A stretch of DNA of 64,000 nucleotides, taken from assembly GCA_946965045.2 (NCBI GenBank), contig OX337232.1:3534001-3598000 (forward strand). The letters run 5' to 3'. The notes below the pieces were generated by a model. That model saw only the letters and a list, made by a program, of their open reading frames with translations. It was not told where the DNA came from and ran no database searches. Below, one piece after another: positions 42,982 through 51,715 of the stretch (its first letter is position 1; each line of letters begins with the position of its first letter). The translations under genes and the position numbers were made by a program. Source of the DNA: Epithemia pelagica (lineage: Eukaryota; Protista; Bacillariophyta).

Positions 42982-45489
42982 ATGACGTACATTGAGACAA
43001 GTAAATTGTTGGACATGTTTTGGTCCTGCTTCAAATCATATCAGTATCAAAACACGCTTGGACTGGTCTCAAGCGAACATGGCTACAAAATTGCCGGGGC
43101 TCAAGATTCCACCACCAAGCAATACACGATGCATCGCATCCTGGATTCTCCACCGCAATGGTGGATTAATCATCCTCGCAACTTTTACAAAGTCTTGTCC
43201 GCATTGGTCGAGAAGACTCCTGTGTATGTGTTTCAAACCAAGGATAAGGAGGGAAAGCTTCCTCTGCATTATAGTCTCACCCTCCGCCACGAGATGTTCA
43301 AAAAAGAAGAGTGCATCATGGCGTTGGTACTGAAGAAGAGCCCGCGTGCTGCATGGTCCAAAACAAACGACGGAGAGTATCCCTTGCATGTCGCCTGCAG
43401 TTCCTCTGGGTTCCGTACTGACATGATCTGTGAACTGGTTGACCGCTATCCCCAGGCGATTATGCGATTGGATAAAAGCGGCAGACTTCCCATTCATAAC
43501 TTGTGCTCTCGTACTAGCAGCGTTCTCGACAGCGTCAAGGTGATTGAACAATTTTTCAAATTGGAGCCCAACTGTGTTTGCTCGGAAGATGCCAAGAGGC
43601 AGATACCCCTTCACATGGCGTGTTGGGGTAGCAAAGACAGGCAATTGGTGTCTCTGCTAATAAAGCTGTTTCCTCAAGGAGTCAAAAAGAAGGATGATTC
43701 TGGGAATTTACCCATTCATCTTGCCGCTTCGTCTTGTCCAAAACTGGTTCCAATTCTTCTCAAGAGTTTTCCCGAGTCGATTGACATTCCCACTCGCGAG
43801 CGGAGGCATGCCCTGCACCTTGCGTGCCGCTACAGTCCTAGCAGCTTCAATGATAATGACTACCACAAAGGAATTGTCGAACTTATCAAGGCTGGTCCTC
43901 AACATGCTTCCACGCCCTATCAGTCGTCCAAGATGCTTCCTTTGCACCAGGTCTGTGCCAATGGTCTGTCGATGGAGGTGGTGAAAGCCTTGGTGGAAGC
44001 GTATCCCGATGCCGTCAAGATCCCAGACGCCAATGGAGATTTGCCCGCTCATCATGTCGTGCGTTCGTCTAGACATCGCCTCGATGTCGTGCGGTATCTT
44101 CATGCCTTGTACCCGCAAGGGTTTTGGCACCCCAATCACAGTAATCAACGACCCATTTCGTTGTGTCCTCACCAGAATGACCGACTCTTTATCACACTGT
44201 CCAAATTAGCACCACAAACTCTGTACAATGACACGGCACGAAAAAATGATGATAAAGTTCCTCTCGCTCCCCTCATTCAATATATGACGACTCATCACAG
44301 ATTACCTGCAAGCCAAGCCGACTTGATGCGACAAGTCTTTTCTTGTGCCATACAGCCGTGGCCGAGTCATGACACCACGGAGGAAGATGAGGAAAAGGAG
44401 GAGGAAGAAGAGGAAATGGAAAAGCAAAAGGAAGAGGGTACGCGAGAGCACAAGCAAGAGGCTAAGGAAGAGGAAAAGGAAATGGAAGTGGACATGCAAG
44501 AGCACAAGGAGGAGGGCAAGCAAGAAGCTAAGGAAGAGGACTCGCAAGAGGCTAAGGAAGACCGCAAGGAGGAGGGTAATGAAGAAGACAAAGAAAAGCA
44601 CAAGAAGGACGAGAAGGAAGGGGACAAGGAAGAGCACAAAGAAGAACACAAGGAGGAGAACGAAAAGGCAACAATGGACCAGCAAACCCAAGATATGAAA
44701 AAGAAGTATCAGGATCTCGAACAAGCCTACTCTGCGTTACTGGATATCAACAACAAATTGACGCAGGAAAAGAAGCAACTCCAAGACACGCTGGAGGTTC
44801 AACTCACGCAAGAAAAAGAGTCGAAAGAAAAGGATAAAGAGCTCCATCAGACACTGGAGCATTCCCAAGCCGAGGTGTTGCATCTGCAGAACAAGGTACA
44901 GAGCTTGGAGGAGGAACTCAAAACATCAGAGTGTGCACACAAAAATACCCTGGAAGATCAAGAAGGGATCCGTTCCCTGTATGGGAGAATTATTGCCCAA
45001 GGACGATTGTGGGATCAGCATTTGATAGGCCTTTTGAAAAAGCACTGTGATCCAAATGACGGAACAACAAGTTCGACAGTGCCCACCACTGAGATTTTCA
45101 AAGCCTTGGCTGTTTCCTTGCAAAAACGATCGCAATTGGTCCAACCGAATACCGGAAAAGACGCAGACGAATCATCAATGTTCCAGTTCATGTTGCAAAC
45201 CTTGTTGTCACAGCCCAGTTTGAGTCATTCTTCCCTTCTTGAATTGATTCATCGGTTGGACCGTCAATTGGAACCACTCGATCAACAGATTGCTAGCGCT
45301 TGCAAACGAGTTCTCACTACACCGACATGCACCCAACAAGATGCCACCTCCACCCAAAAAAGAAGCCATCGATTGGAAGACGACAACAGTGGAGAGGCCT
45401 TGTCTCCCATTACCTTGGATGAAACATTGACTTCCATTGATCATGGGAGCCGAGGACCAAACAAGCGTGCTAGAGTTTCCATTTCCTAG
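42982..45489 (+). CDS. Ankyrin-coiled-coil protein B3 (intact, 835 aa)
   Basis: Start MTYIETSKLL. Many ankyrin motifs (KLPLHYS, EYPLHVAC, RLPIHNL, QIPLHMAC, NLPIHLA, MLPLHQVC); E/K-rich linker; coiled coil; LLSQPSLSHSSLLELIHRLD...GPNKRARVSIS. Confidence 0.9.
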   Translation: MTYIETSKLLDMFWSCFKSYQYQNTLGLVSSEHGYKIAGAQDSTTKQYTMHRILDSPPQWWINHPRNFYKVLSALVEKTPVYVFQTKDKEGKLPLHYSLTLRHEMFKKEECIMALVLKKSPRAAWSKTNDGEYPLHVACSSSGFRTDMICELVDRYPQAIMRLDKSGRLPIHNLCSRTSSVLDSVKVIEQFFKLEPNCVCSEDAKRQIPLHMACWGSKDRQLVSLLIKLFPQGVKKKDDSGNLPIHLAASSCPKLVPILLKSFPESIDIPTRERRHALHLACRYSPSSFNDNDYHKGIVELIKAGPQHASTPYQSSKMLPLHQVCANGLSMEVVKALVEAYPDAVKIPDANGDLPAHHVVRSSRHRLDVVRYLHALYPQGFWHPNHSNQRPISLCPHQNDRLFITLSKLAPQTLYNDTARKNDDKVPLAPLIQYMTTHHRLPASQADLMRQVFSCAIQPWPSHDTTEEDEEKEEEEEEMEKQKEEGTREHKQEAKEEEKEMEVDMQEHKEEGKQEAKEEDSQEAKEDRKEEGNEEDKEKHKKDEKEGDKEEHKEEHKEENEKATMDQQTQDMKKKYQDLEQAYSALLDINNKLTQEKKQLQDTLEVQLTQEKESKEKDKELHQTLEHSQAEVLHLQNKVQSLEEELKTSECAHKNTLEDQEGIRSLYGRIIAQGRLWDQHLIGLLKKHCDPNDGTTSSTVPTTEIFKALAVSLQKRSQLVQPNTGKDADESSMFQFMLQTLLSQPSLSHSSLLELIHRLDRQLEPLDQQIASACKRVLTTPTCTQQDATSTQKRSHRLEDDNSGEALSPITLDETLTSIDHGSRGPNKRARVSIS

Positions 45490-45960
45490 GTTGGGGAATG
45501 AGGAACAAGCATCTATTAGATGTGGCTCATCGTTTTGCAACGTGAACAAACAGTCCCAGCACTTGTCCAGTTTTGGAAAAGAAGAGCGAAACGCATGTCC
45601 TCTCTCAGAGTCATGAACGGGTAAAGGATAAATGCATGGAAGGTTGAGTTGACTGCGTGGCGTTCTCTCACGCATGTTCGCTCGCTTTCGTTTCCATCTC
45701 GCGGACGACGATCCTCCACCCACAAATTCTCACATCACCTGGGTTCTCGTGTCGGCCGCCCAAAAGTGGAAACAAATAGAATGGATCCTTTCCAGGGCAC
45801 CTTTTAAGGGAAATGGACGAAATTGCAACATAGAATATTGACAAACAATGTCCCCTTAACACAATTCAAACTACGTACCAGCAATACTTAACTACTTGGT
45901 TTCCCTTTTTCGTTTGGTGATATGAGAATGTTGGTTCGTTGGATAGTCCGACCCAAAGAT

Positions 45961-47686
45961 TCATTCCGAATCCAATGAAACTCGGGGCCGCTTCTGACGT
46001 CGCGTTTCTGGTGGTGAGTCATCCACTGCAATGACCACGGTGGACTGCTGAGATTCTTCTGGATCCGTTCCTACGCGGCTCGTGCTACCGTGATAAAGGG
46101 ATTCAGCGGTAGTTGTCGTAGGACACGGGCGAGGGCTCTGGTCTACAAGACGAGCCGCAGCATCCATTTGGCCATCGGCCCAGTGAGGGAACTGGATCAA
46201 GGAGTACCAGCTCCGATTGGGATTCGCCAAGAACTCATCGAGAAACTGAACAATAAACGGCTTTTCGGTTGTTTTGGATCGGTGTGACTCAATCAGTTCC
46301 AGTCGTTTTTGCAACGAGACGGCAAAGACTTTCATGACCTCCATGGACAATGGGTTCGTCGTATGAGTGTTGTCCTGATGGGTCTTGTCGTCGAGAATGG
46401 AAATGAGCAACTTGTCGAACCTTCGACCTTCCTGGACCATTGAACCTACTACGGCCAAGTTCTCACCAGCCTTAGTTACCGCCTCTAACTGTTCTTCGAG
46501 TTGCCTCTTTTCTTGATCTTTTGCTTCCAGTTGCTTTTTGGAATCGTCTTCGAGGGCCTTGTGCGCCTTTTTGACGTCGTCGATTTTCTTTTTCAACTTG
46601 GCGTTATCGCTTTGAACCTTGTTTAGATTTCGGAGCTCTCGCTTACTCTCGGTTTTGGTCTTTGTATAATCACACTCAAGTTTCTCCTTTTCGTCTCGAA
46701 TCTTGTGCAGCTCCCGTTTCAAAAATTTGTACTCTTTCTGGACCACGTCCAATGCTACGCGATCTCGTTCGGTCTTTCGAGTCTGGCTGTTCAAACCTTC
46801 TATCAACTTTTGATTTTCCGTTCGGAAAGCCTCCTTCTCTTCTTGAAGCTGATCCAAGAGTGCTTGCTTTTCCTTTAAATTGAGATTTTCTGTTCGGAGA
46901 GCCTCCTTCTCTTCTTGAAGCTGATCCAAAAGTGCCTGTTTTTCCTTTAAATTGAGATTTTCTGTTCGGAGAGCCTCCTTCTCTTCTTGAAGCTGATCCA
47001 AAAGTGCCTGTTTTTCCTTCAAATTGTGATTTTCCGTTCGGAGAGCCTCCTTCTCTTCTTGGAGCTGATCCAAAAGTGCCTGTTTTTCCTTCAAATTGTG
47101 AATTTTTCGTTCGGAGATCATCCTGCTCTTCGTGGAGCTGATCCAAAAGTGCTTGCTTTTCCTTCAAGTTGTGATTTTCCGTTCGGAGAGTTTCCTTCTC
47201 TTCTTGGAGCTGACCCCAAAGTGCGTGTTTTTCATGCAGTGCTGCTTGAGTACACAAAAGGGCAGATTTCCGGGTATCTACCTCTAGTGAATATCTACAA
47301 AACAGTTCAATTGGAAGATGATTGTCGTTGGTAGGAACATGAAAGCACTCTGGTCGCAACTTCGACATGCAGTGAAAAATCAACGTTGGTTTAGCGTGTG
47401 CGTTGATACGGTCGCAAACATAATGAATTGGTAAATTACCACGCATATCCTTGTACATGAGAGCGTCGGGGAAGAGATTCATCAACTCGATCAGGAGGCA
47501 ATGAGAAGTGGGCAGACGAAAAAAATAAGCAGCTAGTTCTCTCAAAATCCAATGAAGTGGATAAGATTGTTGTCCGATGCATGTTTTGGCAATCTCTTCC
47601 TCGTGATTACCGCGCAACAGTTCTCGGGCCTTGTCCAGATGACTAGCTCTGAGTTTTTTCTAAAACGAGTCGATTGCGGACGCCAT
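45961..47686 (-). pseudogene. Ankyrin-coiled-coil gene C1 (TAG at codon 9, +1 frameshift near 47105)
   Basis: MASAIDSF*KKL (TAG 47660-47662; Tyr in C2); SYPLHWIL, NLPIHYVC. The frame shifts inside the repeat array. Ends VDDSPPETRRQKRPRVSLDSE. Confidence 0.82.
46820..47250 (-). repeat. 72-bp tandem repeat (about 6 units) encoding a 24-aa coiled-coil unit LKEKQALLDQLQEEKEALRTENHN
   Basis: The ctgatcc anchor recurs at 46849, 46921, 46993, 47065, 47138 and 47210 (last as ctgaccc); spacing is 72 except one of 73. Confidence 0.9.
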
Positions 47687-48305
47687 GAAGGAACAAACCC
47701 AACAACAATGAGATCGATCTGTTTGGTGCTTGGAGTGAGAATCGCATTCCCAGGAACGTGAGAGCAGTATTCCGGCCGGCGTTGGCGGGTATTCCTCGCG
47801 CGCAAAATCCAATAACTACATAATCTTTCTCATAGTATTTTTGATTCGATCGATCCGGCCGACTACATAAGAGAGATTCAAACTTACCCACAAAATCAGA
47901 ATCCGAGAGTCCATGACAAGGAGCACACATGTATGGTTCTTGATCATATCTCACCTTTCTGGAGCATGGTGTAGATGCAGTGAAATGGAATGCTGTCACA
48001 AAGTCTCTTTGCGACGATCACTGCGAGGAATCGCAAGTGTCACAAATGGACCACGGCGAATATTCCATGTGTGCGATGGAGTTCGTCTCAAATGGGAAAT
48101 GGGAAATTCGACGAAAAAGAACAAAGAAACCGCAAATAATCTCTCTCCTCATCAATCATCACATGCAATCCAAGGCTCGGTACTGACATGAACTGGTTTC
48201 TCATCTTTGCCAGAACAGCCAAGAGAGGTACCGTGCCCCTTCCCACAGATTTTGCTGTGGTACGACTGAGATGCTTGTAACTTGTAACCAGACAGTCAGT
48301 GACAT

Positions 48306-49043
48306 GTGTCCTTTCCCCATGATATCAAAAGTTCCTCGTGGTGTAGAAGCAGAGGCGCCATTGCGTTGTGTCTTTCGCTGGCCGCGCTTCTTCACAAGAA
48401 ATCAGATTTGTCCATCTTCCATCGGACCCTGGCGACCAGCGCTGTCTCTCCCTCCCCCGAAGAAGACTCGAATGCAACACCCGGTGAGGTAATTTCAGGT
48501 GATGTCTCTTCGTCTTTGGTCGGCAGCAGTCCAGAATCACCAGGAATGCTGGCGTTGGTGAAACAATATCTGGATGCAGGAAGTCGTAGCTACCAGCTTC
48601 AAGCACCGCGAGAGGATCGGAGCCAAGTCATTTCACTAAACTTAACTGGAAATAATTCGTCTTTCCGGAGCTTTATTGATGTAAAAGTCAACCAAAATCG
48701 CATGTTTGTGTTCCTTGAATCACCAGTAAAGGTTCCAGAAAACAGTCGCTCGTCGTGTGCAGAACTTTTGATGCGAATCAACTACACTTTGGCATTGGGT
48801 AACTTTGAATTGGATTTCAGCGACGGAGAAGTGAGATACCGGATGGCAGTGGATGTGGAAGGATCCGCCTTGTCATTGGAAATGATTGAAACAAATATTA
48901 TGGTCTCGGTCGCCGCCATGGATCGATACTTCCCGGCCATTATGAGAGTGATGTATGGGAACAAACCGCCGCAGCAAGCCTTTGAAGAAATTCGGGTCAC
49001 GATGGCCAATGCCTCTACGAGCGGACCCGCCTCAACTCAGTAA
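48306..49043 (+). CDS. YbjN-domain (type III secretion chaperone-like fold) protein; start uncertain
   Basis: VKVPENSRSSCAELLMRINYTLALGNFELDFSDGEVRYR...MDRYFPAIMRV matches the YbjN family pattern as I know it. Confidence 0.75.
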   Translation: MSFPHDIKSSSWCRSRGAIALCLSLAALLHKKSDLSIFHRTLATSAVSPSPEEDSNATPGEVISGDVSSSLVGSSPESPGMLALVKQYLDAGSRSYQLQAPREDRSQVISLNLTGNNSSFRSFIDVKVNQNRMFVFLESPVKVPENSRSSCAELLMRINYTLALGNFELDFSDGEVRYRMAVDVEGSALSLEMIETNIMVSVAAMDRYFPAIMRVMYGNKPPQQAFEEIRVTMANASTSGPASTQ

Positions 49044-49570
49044 CTCACGGAAACGAGGACTGCAAGAGATGAAGGAAACCATTGATCAATCATGGAACAT
49101 AGGACAATGCGAAAATTCAAAATCTACAACGTCAACAAACGCAACAACTCGGACAGACGCTCCTGGTTGGTAAATTACAACACCAGCTCAATTGTTTATT
49201 AAAAGCATGTATTTCAGACAATCTCGTGTCCCTCCACAGAATCCAAATCTCATTCTCGATGATAGACTCGACACACGTCCATCACAATCCTGTGCTTGCC
49301 GTGAAACTCTTTTCGACACCATCCTCTGGAGTTTGCAGGTCGCAGTGTATCCAAACATCAAATACAGTAGCCGATAGTGTGAGATCCTCAGGGAACTGAT
49401 AGATCATCCTTGATGACTGTTGCAAATGGATACGGTGAGGGATGATACCAAAAAATAAACTTGAGAGGAAAACCAGTTCGAATTCAAAATGTCCAGAAAC
49501 CAAACACTGTTTCGAACATGTGCCTTTCGAGAAAACACTCCATTGCCAAGAAGAAATCGCATATGGCACG

Positions 49571-51395
49571 TCCTAGGTTGGGGAATGAGGAACAAGCATC
49601 TATAATATGTGGCGCATTGTCTTCGAACGTGAACAAACAGTCCCAGCACTGGTCGAGTTTTGGAAAAGAAGAGCGAAACGCATGTCCTCTCTCACAGTCA
49701 TGAACGGGTAAAGGACTAAGGCATGGAATAGGCTGATTTTGACCGCATCGCGTTCTCTCACGCATGTTCGCTCGCTATCGTTTCCATCTCGTGGACGACG
49801 ATCCTCCACCCGCAAAATCTCACATCACCCGGGTTCTCGTGTCGGCCGCCCAAAAGTGGGCACAAACTTAATGACGAATCGAATCGAAAGGAATCCTTTC
49901 CAGAGCACCCTTTCTAGGAATATGTACGAAATTGCAACATAGACTAATGAAGAACAATGTCCCCCTAACGCGATTCAAACTATGTAACAGCAATACTTAG
50001 CTACATGGTTTCCCTTTTTCGCTTGACGATATGATAGTGTTGGTCCATTGACACTCGGGTCCGCTTATGACGTCTCGTTTTTCGTTAAGTGAAACATTCA
50101 CTGTAATGAGGGACTGCGGAGATTCTTCTGGCTCTGTTCCTACGCGGCTCGTGCTACCATGGTGTTAGGAATCAGCGGTAGTTGTCGACGACAAGGAGCA
50201 GCATCCATTTGGCCATTGGCCCAGTGAAGGAACTGGATCAAGGAGGACCAACTCTGTTCTTGCGGCTGGTTCAATTTTGAAGATCTAGGACAGACTCCCT
50301 GTAGTAGCAGTTGAATTGGTAGCTGATTTGCGTTTGTAGGAACATGAAAGCATTCTGGTCGCAGCGTCGACATGCATTGAGCAATCAACAGCATTGGTTT
50401 CGTGAGTGCCCTGATACGGGTGCAAACATAATGAATTGGCAAATAACCATGCATATCCTTTTGCATGAGAGCGTCGGGGAAGCGATTCATCAACTCAATC
50501 AGTAGGCAATCAGAATTGTGCAGACAAAAAAAAGAATTATCTCGTTCTCTCAAAATCCAATGGAGTGGATAGGATTGTGGTCCGGTGCATGTTTTGGCAA
50601 TCTTTTCCCCGTCATTACCGCGCAACAGATCTCTGGCCTCTTCCAGATGACAAGTTTTGACTTTTTTGTAAAAGAAGTCGATTGCAGACGCCATGATGGT
50701 GAAGGAACAAACCCAACAACAACGAGAGAATGGTAGGATCGAGTGTTGTGCTTGGAGTGAGAATCGCATTTCTGGGAACGTGAGACCAGCATTCCGGCCG
50801 GCGTTGGCGGGTATTCCTCTCGCGCGCAAAATCCAATAAATGCACAATCTTTCACATAGTATTTTTGCTTCGATCGATCCGGCCGACTACATAAGAGGGA
50901 TTCAAACTTTCCCACAAAATCAGAATCCGAGTTCATGACATGTGATGACATGTGGTCTTTGAAGGAGCACATATGGTTCTCGATCATATCTCTTCTTTCT
51001 GGAGCATGGTGTAGATGGTAGATGCGTTGAAATGGAATGCTGTCACAAAGTCTCTTTTGCGTCGATCACAGGGAGGAATCGCAAGTGTCACAAATGGACG
51101 GCGGCGAACATAGGTACTCCTAGGTAGTTCCATGTGTGCGATGGAGTTCCTCTCAAGTGGGAAATTCGACGGAAAAGAACGAAGAAACCGCAAATAATCT
51201 CTCTCATCATCATTCATTACATGAAATCCAAGCCTCGTTGCTGACATGACCTGGTTTCTCATCTTTGCCAGAACAGCATGAAGCCCCTTCACTCCGTGTT
51301 GTGGTAAAACTGAGATGCTTGTAACCAACCAGTCAGTGGCATGTGTCCTTTCCCCATGATATCGAAAGTTCCTTTTGGTGTGGAAGCAGAGGTAC
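49571..51395. repeat. Segmental duplicate of about 45484-48355 (B3 3' flank + C gene + C upstream block)
   Basis: Begins tcctaggttggggaatgaggaacaagcatcta (the B3 stop context). Ends after atgtgtcctttccccatgatatc.aaagttcct..tggtgt.gaagcagagg. Confidence 0.85.
50050..50694 (-). pseudogene. C2: C-type gene with most of the coiled coil deleted
   Basis: MASAIDFFYKK...SYPLHWIL...YLPIHYVC is joined to QSWSSLIQFLHWANGQMDAA; the tail is degraded. Confidence 0.82.
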
Positions 51396-51715
51396 TATTA
51401 CGTCGTGGTAATGAGAGCTTCTGTTTGAACAAAGTATGGACACTGAACCGTGTTGGAACGAAACGTACAGAATTGAGATTGCGTGTGAAACAGGGACATT
51501 GGCAAGGGGTATCCGCTTGCATCGGCCCCAACCAACCATCATGGTGGATGCCTGCCGGTTCCTCTTGAGCCAACGAACGGACGGTTGCTTGGTTCCCTCG
51601 AAAAGTCTGACCTTCGCAGCACACTTGTTCACCTCAAAGTCCGAGTTCGTCCACTGACGTTCTCACTCGGTGCATACTAGGGCCATTGGTTGGATGTCGA
51701 CAAGACCGCCTTACA

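Noticed and set aside
46820-47250. CRISPR-like array
   Set aside because: Repeats are contiguous 72-bp coding units without unique spacers, in a eukaryotic gene; no cas genes.
9741-47662. Alternative genetic code (TAA = Lys) to explain the in-frame stops
   Set aside because: TAA is the true terminator of A1, A5, the transposon ORFs and others. The premature stops include TAG and TGA at Tyr, Pro and other positions, and several affected genes also have frameshifts.
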